Shown here: positions 25,701 through 38,864 of the stretch, piece by piece | Layout of the letters: each line of letters opens with the position of its first letter | Position numbering within the stretch: the first letter of the stretch is position 1 | Assembly: GCA_002633005.1 (NCBI GenBank) | Contig: NMRA01000169.1 | Location: 413,387 to 477,386, forward strand | DNA from: Phoronis australis | Lineage: Eukaryota > Animalia > Phoronida | DNA: 64,000 nucleotides | Direction: 5' to 3' | Translations under genes and position numbers: made by a program | The notes under the pieces: generated by a model | What the model was told of the DNA's origin: nothing | Seen by the model: only the letters and a program-made list of their open reading frames with translations | Database searches by the model: none

Positions 25701-28700
25701 CCATCGTTTCTCCCATACAATGTACATGTATTCATCATATCTTACAAACAATGTATTCAAAATTATATGCGAAACATGACCAACTATTTGCAATAAACAG
25801 AGCTTACACATCCCAAATGTGTCATACCGCATACCCTTGACAATCATGTGCAACATTTCGCTTTGGTGATTAGGCCAAACTTTAGCTTAGTTTTGGTCCA
25901 GGGAAAGCAGAATGCTGTGAAAATCCATCCTTCAGGCATTCAAGGTAAGTGTATTGCTTGGAAACAGGTTTCCCTCAAGTTTAAAGAAGTGGCAAGCAGC
26001 TTTAATTAGTATGTCTAAAAATTGATTGATCGTTTGAATATAGCATGCATTGACGGTTGTGTTGAACTGTCACAGTGGAAGAAAGAAATCTAACCTTCAA
26101 TGCATACGCCTGTATGGTTTTAGGCTATTGAAAAACAGTTTCAGCTCTTCAAAACTCCATTACAAAAGACAAAGATTCAACTTGACACCAAAATGTTTCT
26201 CAAGCTCTATTTATACATAGTTACATTACAACATCATATAGAAAATGACGAATGAGTTTGGTCACACATGTAGTCACAATACAAACTTCCATTGCCATTA
26301 CATTACAAGGAAAATGACCCATTATAATTTGTCTCCTTTGAAAGCTCAAGGCTCATGACACCAATCAAAATAGAGAAATGCTTTTATAATGTAACAGCTC
26401 ACAATACATGAGCAAAATCTAAATCATACCTAATAGGCGGGTGCAAAAACATTATGAACTAGTAGATAATGCATTGAAGCTATAATTCATTGTACGCGTA
26501 TCAATGTTCCTGAATTACTGATTTGAATTTACATTGAATACAATTTAAAATTATCACAGATTAAATTTAATTAAATGTTGTAACTAACTTGTACGATGTT
26601 CTGTTGATCTGAGACTTGAGTGGTCATTCTAGAGGGCACCATCAAAAATAATTTGTTTTGAGTTGAAGATCAAATCTGTTCAAAATAATTTCCTCATTAC
26701 GTAACTTATATTAGGTCATTAAATTATTAATACATATGACTTAAAAGTGACAGTGTTGTATTTTCATAATACTATTCGCACACTTGAACGATATACTTCT
26801 GAAACTGCTTGTTTATCATACTATTATGTGGTTTAACAAATTATTTAACATCATGCGCGCACCCAGCCTTTTAATATGGGGGGGCTCGAATTTCTGACAT
26901 AGAGGACCTTTTGCTAACAAAAAAGCGGGAGGACTAAAAAAAGGGGTACCATCTTCAGGACTGTGAACAGTACATCCGCGCCTTTTTAGTGGTCTTTTGT
27001 CTCCTTTTCTCGGACTTTTTGTTTCTGTTAGGCGGACCTTTTTACTCACTTCGCCAAATGGGAGGCTCGTCCGAGCCCCCCGAGCCCCCCTGGGTGCGGG
27101 CATGAACATTATAGTATAAGGTTAAATAATTTGTTACATAAACTTCAATTGTCTTTGTGAGTCCTTCATGGCGCTGCATAAGTTAATTAATGTTGCCACC
27201 TTGCATGAAAGCACAGTGACGCCAAAGATTCCCACAGAAAGAATACATAGAGATTTCGCATCATATAGGTTTTCAGGGCCCGCAATGATCCGCATACATC
27301 ATCAAGATCCAAGATAACTCAAAATCTAGTTGCTTAGAGCAAAGATTTGTGGACAAAAACCCATTTTGAAACAATCTCAGGTCTCCTATTGTGCAAATCC
27401 CGATGATTTGTTTACATTTCTATCTCACATTTCTTAAAATGATTACATGAAAACTCATTCACAACCAGTGCAGCATTGCTGTTACCATAGAAACCTATCA
27501 ATTAAAATTATTTGTTGATTGAATAGTTGTCTTCATTTGTGTACTGCCTCTGAACCAAATCATCACGATGTCATAAAACAGGTTAGTGTCATGGTCTACA
27601 AGTGAGGAGTTCCTTTTCGCATTACAATTCTGATACAAAACTTTCCAGGAACTCGCCAGGAGGCACTTGTTAACAATTCTGTACTGCACACTATTTTAAT
27701 GAATGTATAACACTTTTAGTCTGAAAACAGTTTTCATATAACATGTCCCACAACATGTACTCCCGCTGTAAATATGTGACCAAGTCACCAAACCAAAATC
27801 ATAACTGAGAGAATTTCGAAAACCCAGTCTTGTTTCCAATGTCGATGAGAAGACATTGTTCGGAAAATTTATATTGACATGTACATGCAGTGAAAGTGTA
27901 TTTCAAAATCAATAAGATCAACGCAGATTAATAGACGAGTCTGCATTTTCTTCATACATAATTTAACATTTGAAAACTGGACTGATGAATTCTCACTTGG
28001 GAGTAATGGTCGATATGAGCAATTTATTTGCAGTGATGTTATTAGCAGAGCAATTGGCAGTGTTGTGAGTAGATTGAAAACCACTTTAAATCTCTACGCA
28101 CACAGCAGCACTTAATAGGTGAACTTGGCTGGATACCTATGTTTAATAAAGGGTAATGTTTCCAAAAATGATTGTCTAAGAAATTGCCATGAGGAGAAGT
28201 TGAAAGTAATTATTTCCAAAACAAAAATCCATACTAAATATACATTGTGTATTAAATGCAGAAATATTCAGTTGCACTTCATAAGCAATAATTACTTTCA
28301 ACATTCAAATTGTGGTTTATACGGTATAACCAGTTGCCATTGTCTTCGGTCATAATCTCAGGTATGATCCACAAAGTCAAAATAGTCAAACTTGAAACTT
28401 GACCAATAATGCAGCACAATTTGGGTAGAAATTTGCAAGTTCACTAGAACTGATATGCAAATTCTAAATCAGGTTGCATGTCCGTAAGTTTTCAGACGTC
28501 ACCAGATATTTACAAGACGAAACCATCCTGCAACGCATTTCAAAACATTAACAGCACGGCAGACAAAATCACCGAATTGAGGATCATACTTTAAAGGTCA
28601 ACAGGACAAACAATTTGACTAGAGAACTTGAAGTCATACAACAGAAAATCATTGTGAAAAATGTAAAAAAGTCAGCAGAAATCCTGTAACTATAGCAACA

Positions 28701-31700
28701 ACCAAGGTAAGTATGACGTGAAGATTGGATGAAAATATGCTCACGGCTAAAAATAATGCACGCACATTGGATGAAAACCAGACATTTTGTCAAAGGGAAT
28801 AAAGCCTCCCTTGAGGTTGGTTATACTAATACTCATAGTGTAACGATAACTATCAAGCACCGCGGTGTTCACATAATCAAAATTTTCCACTTAGAAATGT
28901 AAAAAAGCTTGATAACATCAGTCACGTCTGAAAGAACCTGCCAATCATTAGTGACCGAGCTGTTCACCTCCCATTACGATTATTCAATAACTTACTTATC
29001 TGAATACACAACACTCCCCCCCATCTAAATTACAAAAGCCCCTGAGTATGGCTGTTAGGAGTATCTTCTGTCATTGAAAATATAACCGTGTTATAGAATA
29101 ACTTAATAAGCCACTCAATGACAGAAATTCCTTCAGGAAAACACTGTAGTTTTGGTCCAGTCTGAAAAAAAGCCCGTTCTAACAAAGGATTTGAATCCAA
29201 GATCATTTACTACCCAAAAATGTTGTTTCTTCAAAATTTTAATTATTTATTGTTTGTTTACACTATCTGCATTTTTGTAATTAACTTGATTTGCTTATTT
29301 TTACTGTTTATTTATTAATTGGTTTACTTCCGTGTTTAGTTTCTTAATGTCTTGTCTTATTTTGTAAAGTGTCACCAACTATCTTTTAGTAAGTCAAATT
29401 TTAAATAATCAAAAACAAAATGCAAGTGTCCCAGCTGAAAATAACACTTGCCCTCTTCTTCAGTAACAAATGTACATGCCTTCAATCTCTCAACTGTGAT
29501 TGGCTAATCAAGGCTTGCCGTGACTGTTCTACATTCATTTCTCGTACATGACATAGTAACTTCATTTCAAAGACAATTCGAACCAAACCAAATGACAACA
29601 ACCATATGCAGTTCTTTTGGTTTCAGTTAGCCACACATACTTACATTCTAGGCGCTCTTCCAGAGTTCCCCGGGAAGATGTTGACAAGGCAGTAACAAAT
29701 TCACAAAAATCAATATGGCCATCCTGAAAGGAGCACAAGCAATTGATAATGAAGACCTTCTAATTAAAGCACCTATCAAAACGGATCAAAACTAATTTGA
29801 TGCAAGTAATCTAAAAATTCTGCATCCAAACAACCCCACAATATTCATGTAGTGGTGGCCTAATTTTAATACCAATCGCTGCTTTGCTATTTACTTGTCA
29901 TTTTAAAAGAAATCTGCATTTCGCTGTCAGGTCTCCAAAAAGGCAATGAAAAAAAATGGGTTGTAATTTTAGTCTCCCTATTTGTCAGCTAGCTATTGTG
30001 ACATGCAACGCATACTGAACTTGAAACTGTGGACATGTGTATTTCAGTTTATGCACTCTGCCCTTCAAATAAATTGGAGCACAAAAAAGGTTTCTTAAAA
30101 TAGTCCATAACAATCATGGATAATTAAAGAAAATGAGTGGGCGATCAATTATTCATTAGAGAAATGAAGAATTGCTTTTTGATTAGAAGAAAGCTCGAGT
30201 GATATCCGTACTTAACATAAGATTGTTTTGTTTGATAGCAAGTTCTACAGATCAGGGCTTGGAATGACCAATGACAAAAAACGCGGGAACTTTTACGGCC
30301 CAAATCATGCCCGATAACCAGCCTTGAAATGGTCAATGTGAACCTTTCCCTGACAAAAATCGGGACTAAAAAAAAAAAAAAACGTTACCACCATCAGTAG
30401 CATGCGCCTGCATCCTTTTAGCTCACCCGTCCACTCCCAACCCACACATTTTTGGCTGCAGAGCGGTAGTATTTGTCGCCGCGCTTAACAATAACACGAG
30501 ACGCCATTGAAAATCCCACCACGCTGTCCCAGATGCCCCGGCAATGTTGACAATTTACGTTCCTCCGAAACATAAAGAGCAACTTCCGCTTTTCGAGGTG
30601 AACGTCGTCTGCAACGCCGCGGTAAGAAAGAAATTTCCCGCGGAAATTTTGTAACAAATCCGATTTTTTTACGCGGAAATATTATAAAAAAAGCGGAAAG
30701 CACATTTGAAAAAAGCGGAAATCCGCGTTTCCGCGGAAAATTCCAAGCCCTGACAGATAAGGACAATGCGTATAACCCTTGGTGCAGACAAGATATCGCA
30801 CCGGTTATCTGGATAAAAAGTACCTAAAAACCTGGCCGGTTACCTGATTGCTATCAAACAACTTGAAAATGATGGAGCAGAATTTCTCAGGATTACCACG
30901 GGGAAAATATTGCTTCAGCATCTGTGCAAGGCCCTGAAAATGACAGAAGACGTGACATAAATTCTATATTCAGCCAGTCACAAATTCGTGTAGCAACATA
31001 AAGAAACTGGTGAACAAAACGTAAAAGAATACACGGACATTGCTCATGGTATAAATGACTTTAAAAAGGTTTTCTGAATAAGAGCTTCATGCAGAGTACT
31101 ATAGTGTTGCCTACATTGTCACGTATATCTTTACATTTGCAGTTACGCTTTAACTTAGAAATATCAACTGATTTGTCATCTGGATAGCAAAGTTCATGAT
31201 GAAAATTACCAATGTCATCGTAAACAAGTAATTTTTAACATAAACGTTACAGACTACGACAGATTTCAGTCAGATTCTGCCAAAACTGGATGGACTTCCT
31301 GTGAGAATTATTTGCCAGTTCAGTTTAATTGTTGTTGCTATAAAATAGTCACTTTTAGTCAAACGTTTTAGGCAGATATTAACGTGACGTTGTATGATTG
31401 CACCTAGTCATTATTGATATGTGAATGGGCTTGAAAATCAGTATCACATGTTGAGATTTAACCAAAAATAAAACAGGTTCTACTACAAAAGAAACAGAAA
31501 TTTAGTTGCGACTTTGTAAGGTGAAACTGTGTCAAATTTCAATATTCTCCTGTTTGCATCAAAATAATGAAAACTAAATTGAAAATACTGCAAAAAGGAA
31601 ATTGGATCCATTCACTTCCTATGTTAAGGCTGAGTTTCATTAAATTCATCTGATAACATGCAAGTCCATCAGCCATAAGCACACAGATCGAATCCTCTAC

Positions 31701-34700
31701 AAGAATCAATGAATCACCCGCATCATGAATTTGAATAATTCACTAGTTTGTTCAATCCACTGAGTATTCATTATGATAGGCTATTTAACCTTGATGCCTT
31801 ACCTCATGGTCAAGTACACCACCAGGGCAGTCGGTCATGAACCCTCGGTACCAGCAACTGATCTCTTTCCTGGTGACTGTAAGAAGGAGAATCGATTTCC
31901 CATAATGCACTACAGTCAGTCAATAAGGATAATCAACTTCCCATAATGCACTACAGTCACTCAATGAGACGTGTAACCATAGTGCATGGATGCAATACTA
32001 ACTGTACTACAGCGGTATTTATTTAACAGACTGTGAAACAAATTCTCATCAAACAATTTCTGTTTAAAGTCCCGTTTCGACATTAACTTCTGACATGGCG
32101 CAACTCACACGGCGCAAGATGGTAAGTGTCAAGTGGCCATGTACACCCAAACACACAACTCAGAAACAGTGGCAGGGCAGAAGTTGTAGGCAGGAATGTG
32201 GAATACTCATGCGCAAAATGCAAATTGCAGGGGTCACAGTATCATTGTTGTTGTTGTTGTTGCTGTGGTGGTGGTGGTGCTCCTAATCCCCCCAGTGTTT
32301 GTAATCCATGACAATGAGTTTTGCTTTGATCAGCTGATTAATGCTTTCAATCAGTAGGCTTTCTGCACATAACTAAGCATTTGAATTGACTCCAGACTCG
32401 CCTGTCAACTGTCTGATGACTATTTCCTAACAAAATGAATGATGGTCAAGGTTAAAGTTAAAAGACAAGGCACTGAACAGCTGATTAGCAAGTCGCAGAA
32501 ATTGTACAAAAATGATCACCAGTATATATGTGCATTTTTGCACAAGTGCAAGAGATGATCCCTTCCTCCTTGCACTAGTTTTTTGTTTAGATGGATATTT
32601 GACATGGAACAAGATGATCGGGCACAACTTGCTCTACCCCACAAATGGGTGACAAAAGTTGTCATCATGCTGTCAACTCATTCCGTGTCAGTTCTGTTTA
32701 CACACATACTAGTGCCGGATCATCTCGTTCCGTGTCAGATGAACCATGTCAACTTTTGTAGAGTAAACAGGACTAAAGTCCTTTAATGATGCACCACTGA
32801 TTTTCTACCCTTAATTTCTCATTCAGAACATATGCTTGACCGTAATCTCTTTGTGTACAACTAATATGGCTGACAAGCGAAATTTTATTTATACTGAATT
32901 TTTCCACAAAAAAAAATGAAAAATTTTGGTTGATCATATACTTATGCAGATGGTGATATTCCAATTATCAGCAGCAAGGACATCACAACGGAAAGTGTCA
33001 GTTTTGGCAAAGATTTTGTGCTAAACAAGAAGAGAATTACAGCTCCTGGCCAATAGCTGGGTCTGAAGAAACATCTATATGTACGTTAGTAGTGACTGAT
33101 GATTGGTCAGTTTATGGTTTAAGCTGATGACAGTGCTGTCCTGGGTTCTTGAAAGTTAGCTACAGTTCCCATTGTGTTGAGCAGTAGATAAATGATTTTC
33201 AGATGGCATCAAGATGACATTTTTGCAATTCCCACATGAATTCCACTTTTTCACAATTTAAAAATAACATAAAGAATTAAACAAATAATAGAATTTAAAG
33301 TAGACAAAAAACCAAAATTCAACATCAAAACCATGCTTAAGTGGTCAACAAACCATTAAGTGGTCAACAAACCATTAAGTGGTCAACAAACCATTAAGTG
33401 GTCAACAAACCATTAAGTGGTCAACAAACCATTAAGTGGTCAACCAACCCTTAAGTGTTTTGAATTTTTTATTCTTTTGATGGACTAGCTCATTCAAATC
33501 GGAGATAGAAGCATTACGTTTATAGTAATATAGTCATATAGTATGTTCATATAGTATGTTCATATAGTATGTTCATATAGTATGTTCATATAGTATGTTC
33601 ATATAGTATGTTCATATAGTATGTTCATATAGTATGTTCATATAGTATGTTCATATAGTATGTTCATATAGTATGTTCATATAGTATGTTCATACAGTAT
33701 GTTCATATAGTATGTTACGCATCCGGCCTACAGAGATTCCCATGGTAAGCTTCTACTAAGAACAACCCTCAGGAAGGGGTTTGTGCATCTAGGGAAAAGC
33801 AGCACCTCAAATTACACATACATATCCATAAATACCAACAGCACTTGAACGAAAGCTATACAGACCAGTAGCTAACCTGTGTATGACTGAACATCAAAAT
33901 TACAGCTACAGAATTGGTACGTTGGCAGATTAGCAAAGTTCGCCCTATTCAGTTCGCCACATCTCTATTTGTGGTCCTTTCACAATGACGAGACTTACAC
34001 TGAAATCTAGTGTGTACAACCATGCATACGTTTTTGCAACACCGACACTCAAATGACACCTACCTTCTACGCTGCATCCGTTTAGAAGAAACACAATGTG
34101 ATAAACGCCATTTTCTCACAGCATACCTCAACCATTCTTGCAAAAAATACAGCTATCGATCATTTCAAAACAGTATAACCCTGTCATTTGCTCTAGTTTT
34201 GGATTGGTGAATTAAGTGACATCTCTTAGGAGCTGGAAAAAAGTTTGCCAGAGAATAATTTCGTCAAAATTTCGTTTCCAGGATCGATGGTTAAAATATT
34301 CAGTACAGTAGTGCACTGGTAACTTGTGGACTTCAAAAAATCTTGTGAAAAAAGAACAGTGGTAGAAGAATCATCGCAAACATAATCTGGCCAACAGACA
34401 GTGCTCTAGTTCGTGGCACTCAAAGTTGACACGTCATCGCTCCACAAATTTTACTTTAAAATGATCAATTAGCGGCAAACATAAAGCATGTTTTTGCATT
34501 ACTAACCAAACCAGTTTATTCAAGGCAGAGTGCAATTTTTAATGAAATTAACTCATCGCAAACATTTCTAAGTCTGGTAAACATGCCACTTTTGGCCAAA
34601 TCGCGTGACCTAATGTATAAAAGTCTGAAGTGTGAACGGTTAGCAGAAGGTCCCGGGTCAGTGTCCGATTGGGACAAACACCTTTTCGAACTTATATTCA

Positions 34701-35841
34701 ATAGGTCATGTGATATGTGCCTCCAGGTGGCGTGCTGACCAGATTTAGAACTTTTTGCGATACATATTTCCATGCCGGCTTAAGATTTGAATATTCATAA
34801 TTATAACTTAATGTCATTATTTGTTTTGATCACTTTATGATCGATCCCAAGCTGTATACTAATACACCTTTGCACCACATTTATAGAGGTAACACTGCTG
34901 TGTGTGAACTTACAATTCTGCTTAATCTCAAGATCGTGTACGAGTGAACATCATATGAAATTCAATATTAAAGTAATCAGGTGAAAGCTTTTGTTCATTG
35001 TTAAGAATTTTTCTAATTTTAAGCATCATGATCACCCATTTTCTCCTTAACCAGAACTTGTTTCACAGAATCAAAGGAATATGTGAATGATCAATTATTG
35101 TTTGGTGAATAACAAATAAGATTGTTATTACAATCAGTTGAAAAATGCAAGTTGGTTTAAAATTTACATAATTTTATCAACATGACAACATGTGAATGGC
35201 TTTAGCACAGTGCAAATTTTTTCTACGTGAACGTGAGAAATTTCCTAATGTATGCCAAGTTCACGGCCAGCAGCACAAATCAGATAACAATAAACAGTAA
35301 CACACAGTCACACTGGGTTTCCAATGACTGTCTGCTGTACAAGAACTTGGAATCCTCCTTAACCTCAAGATTAAGCCAAAGTGAGTGTTGCGTGAACTTG
35401 GAATACGCGAGGCAACTTGACAACTTCACTCAAATAATCACGTTAATGTTAATAAAAATTTGCACTGCACTAAATCAAATTGCGTTTGAATACAATAATG
35501 TCAATTTTAACCAACTTTTTCAACTATGGACGATCAGTTTCACCAAACAATGATCGATGTAGCCATTCACATATTCCTCCGGTTCAGACACAAGTTACGG
35601 AAAAAGATAAAATGGTTGATCGCGACGCCAACAATTACAAAAAGCCTTTTCACCGAACAAAAATTTCACTTTTTTGCCTTAAATAATATTGAATTCCAAG
35701 TTCACACATACGCGATCTTGAGATTAAGCAGGATTCCAAGTTCACGCACAGCATGTCCACTAACTCACAATTTGTTCTAACAGCCAACGTCCCGGCTACA
35801 TCAGGCGGTGCTGAGTCGGGTTTACTTTTACAACCACCCAT
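19798..35841 (-). CDS. Neuronal calcium sensor 1 / frequenin-like EF-hand protein (205 aa); exons 35841-35769, 31876-31803, 30933-30844, 29723-29645, 25056-24968, 24417-24340, 20383-20296, 19844-19798
   Basis: Spliced translation MGGCKSKPDSAPPDVAGTLAVRTNFTRKEISCWYRGFMTDCPGGVLDHEGLAQMLKQYFPRGNPEKFCSIIFKLFDSNQDGHIDFCEFVTALSTSSRGTLEERLEWSFRMYDLDGDGYISQDELHVVVGAIYAMVGSSFELAEDENTPEKKCMKMFAMMDLKEEGRISKKEFVEVSKSEPAIVQALCLYDSFVKFYLEPEPIVLS. NCS hallmarks: myristoylation motif, W-Y-x-G-F-x-x-D-C-P, FPxG, SRGTLEE, EDENTPEK, IVQALxLYD. Splice sites are canonical and phases match (618 nt). Confidence 0.93.
20304..24145. other. ~1.9-kb duplication across a single-N gap (N at 22259); probable allelic haplotype overlap
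   Basis: The second copy begins mid-exon immediately after the N (22260) and differs by SNPs and small indels. Confidence 0.75.
24812..24903. repeat. 9-bp degenerate tandem repeat (AGCTTAGCA)n in an NCS intron
   Basis: About 10 imperfect units; this repeat produces the spurious LAKL/LASL ORFs in the track. Confidence 0.85.
26852..27104. mobile_element. MITE with CATG ends and 5-bp TSD
   Basis: TIR CATGCGCGCACCCAG / CTGGGTGCGGGCATG, AACAT on both flanks, and internal G-run/C-run blocks. Confidence 0.75.
30253..30752. mobile_element. Non-autonomous DNA transposon (MITE, hAT-like CAGGG...CCCTG ends)
   Basis: 13-bp TIR CAGGGCTTGGAAT / ATTCCAAGCCCTG, 6-bp direct flanks ACAGAT, and subterminal repeated GCGGAAA/CGCGG motifs. 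Confidence 0.8.
33337..33456. repeat. 19-bp minisatellite, ~6 copies
   Basis: Unit TTAAGTGGTCAACAAACCA. Confidence 0.9.
33535..33716. repeat. 13-bp minisatellite, ~14 copies
   Basis: Unit CATATAGTATGTT, near perfect. Confidence 0.95.
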
Positions 35842-36443
35842 CACAAATGCTGATGATATGAAATCATCTTGAAGCAAAACCTGGGAACAGCGGAAGCACA
35901 AAATGAGAACGATCACCGCTCTTTCCCACTGGTAAACTTCATTCTTGTGACTTTCCCGAACCAAGTAATGTTTTTCTACCTCCAAATGATAAACACAGTG
36001 TGAGTGCCCTCTCGTGGTCAAAATGAAACTAAGTCCCTCAGTCTGGAGCTGCAGTGCATGCCTGAAAGAGTCTCGGGGAAAATCATATCAGAAAACTCGC
36101 CTCTAAGTGGGCTATTATCCAGTGGCAGATCTACGTTTTTGATAACGGGGAGGGGTTAGGATTCGCACGAATCCGAGACGCGTAGCACCGAGAGGAGTGA
36201 AGGTCGGGAGAGGTTTCCGTCCCACTTCCCTCGTTCCACTCAGTTTCCAAAAGTCCTTTTTAAAACTGTTTGATGGTTGCGCTTTTCTGATTGCGCAGTC
36301 TAGAACCACTGTCCCTCCAAGCCTGTTGCTTCTGTTGAATTGTTTTGGCGTCAATTTTCTTGCTCTCCATTTATGACATCAATTCTGTAATCAGTTTTGT
36401 AAGAAAACTCTTTCCTCTGAAAAGTGTCGGTTCTGACCTTTTT

Positions 36444-36599
36444 CAGGGGCGGATCCAGGATTTTGAGTTAGGGGGGCCAGAGCAAAGTATTAACCAGAAT
36501 TTTCACCCTCAGACTTTCGCAACCCCGAACTACCAAATAGAATCTGGGAGAATTTTGGGGGGGGCATTGCCCCCTTGGCCCCCTCTAAATTCGCCACTG
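36444..36599. mobile_element. Short MITE (CAG...CTG ends)
   Basis: Imperfect TIR CAGGGGCGGATCCAG / CTAAATTCGCCACTG with G and C runs inside; TTTTT on both flanks. Confidence 0.6.
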
Positions 36600-37559
36600 T
36601 TTTTCAGTACTCATTTTATTGAGCCATCAGGAAAATACGTCTCAGTGCACTGATTCTACCTACAACCGTGTGCTGTCATTGAAACCCACGTGATCACAGT
36701 TTCTTTGAAGCACTGCTATAGTTAAATAGATGAAACGGCACAGAATACATTGAACCTATCCAAAGCAAGGCGTCGTCTTCTCTCTAAGAACACTTTCCGG
36801 CAAAATTAAATGAAAATCCGCAAAGGAACTCTAAAGATAGAGACAGCCGTAACTCACTTTTTTGAGAAAAAATCCATTCGGAGGCACAGCAGTGGTCCAA
36901 TTGTTGTCCACTTTAAAATAGAACTAAACTTGCCAAATTGTGACCGTGCGAGGCGTTAAGAAGATATACAAAACAAAGATGTCAACAAGAGCAACGCGGA
37001 GCATTGAAATGCGCCCACGATAGTGCTGCAAAAGGTGTGCTTGAATGAATAATTTTAGAATTATAAGCTAACGAAATCCTAAGAGGCAAACGTAAAACAA
37101 AACAATATAAGGAGCCACATTACGGTGTTTTCCCGTTGCTCCCAACTTGTTCGATTCTATAGCCCAACAAGAAGTTGGGAAGAACACTCCTCATAGCCCA
37201 TAACGCTAAATCGCCGTGAGAGACCGTCCGGAGTTGGTATATGGTGCAACTCTGGAAGGTCTGGGCTCTGAATATCTTACATAGTCTTACATAGACGAAT
37301 TTAGGGGCGGGGCGCCCCTCCCCCCCTCTTGGCTGCCGCAAGCAAAATGAAACAGCAACAGCGTGAAGCATGAGGAAATATAGAGTTCAGCAACTAGAAC
37401 CGGTAGCGGATGAGGGGGGGGGTGGCTCAGATACGGTTTTGTTTTAGTCCACCGGTAGATTTCCTGAACGGAAGGTCCACAGCCAAACCCCCGCAACTTT
37501 CGGACCCCTGTGCACATACAATCNTGTAACTCGTCATCTCTTGCCCTTGCCCTTGCCGC

Positions 37560-38235
37560 AGGGGAGAGTAGGGATACGTCAGAGTGGGTAGGGGTGGTGG
37601 AGATGGGTAGGGGTGGGCAAGGGTGGGCATGGGTGCGGGTAGAGGTGGACATGAGTTGGTAGAGGTTGGTAGAGGTGAGTACCGGAGGCAGCGAGAGCCC
37701 TGTTCACTAAGTGCCGTGGGCAGAGCTGCCGGCCGCAGCCAGTGAGAGCCCTGTCCCCTATGTGCCGTGGGCAGGACGGGTCGAGCTGCCCAAGGCAGCG
37801 AGACCCATGTCCCCTAGGTGCCGTAGGCGGAACGGGCGAACTGCAGAAGGCAGCACCGATGGGGACCGACGACAGCAAGGCGGGCCTCGGCCAAGCTTCC
37901 GAAGGCAGCGTCGACGGGGAACGACGGCAGGTAGGCGGGCCTCCGTCGGACAAGCTTCCGAAGGCAGAGCCGACGGGACCGACGGCAGGTAGGCGGGCCT
38001 CGGACAAGCTACCGAAGGCAGAGCCGACGGAGACCGACAGCAGGTAGGCGGGCCTCGGACAAGCTGCCGAAGGCAGAGCCGACGGAGGCCGACAGCAGGT
38101 AGGCGGGTCTCGGACAAGCTGCCGAAGGCAGAACCGATGTAGGCCGACGTTGCCGTTGCCGTTGCCGTTTTTACCGTTGCATTTGCCGTTTTTGCCGTTG
38201 CCGTTGCCGTTTTTGTCTTTGCTGTTGCCGTTTTT
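37560..38235. repeat. GC-rich composite repeat: G-rich tract, ~55-bp minisatellite, (GCCGTT)n microsatellite
   Basis: GGGT/GGGC runs at 37580-37670; 5-6 copies of GACGGCAGGTAGGCGGGCCTCGGACAAGCTRCCGAAGGCAGAGCCGACGGAGACC at ~37835-38140; (GCCGTT)n at ~38143-38232. Confidence 0.85.
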
Positions 38236-38864
38236 TGCAGACGAAAATCGGATTGCTCCGCAACGCCTTGGCTTCACCGACGAAGTGGGGATATAAAATC
38301 GAATTAATATTCCTCTGTGAAATTGTGTCGTGTTGGTGAGTTTATGAGGCCATAAAGGCTTTTGGATAGGTGCAAGCAAAATTTAGAAGGTTTACGTCTG
38401 ACCAAATTGAGAATGCAGAGTTGTATAGTCCAAACAGATGGAAATGCATCGGACCCTTTACCCAGATAAATCAGCGTCTCTAATCATGACATAATCATTT
38501 ACATCCGATGGCTAGCTGTGAATGCAACAGGAAACAGCGCCTCTGGCGACTGCACCATTTACATCACCTGCAATCAATCTTAGAGTCCCTTTTGTTACAG
38601 AATAGACGACATATTGGATTGAGTTAGTTGAATGTGAGTTCAGGTTTGCGGCGTGGACACAATAATTTACCACGGAGTATATTGGCGAAGAAACTATTTA
38701 TGATTTAGACCACATGCAGCTCCAAAACTCTTCTTCAATTGCCCGGCCTTCTCAGATTATGAGTGATTCCCAGGCCTAATTCAAGTGACAGTTGAAGTGA
38801 CACTTCCAAAGCCCACCTATATATAGTGTATGTTCGGAGTAACGAACAATTTGAGACCAGCCTC

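Noticed and set aside
33337-33716. CRISPR-like arrays
   Set aside because: They are head-to-tail tandem repeats with no spacers, in a eukaryotic intron.
37579-38379. 266-aa and overlapping ORFs in the GC-rich region
   Set aside because: These are by-products of a 55-bp (non-triplet) GC-rich minisatellite and (GCCGTT)n; they have no domain or splice support.
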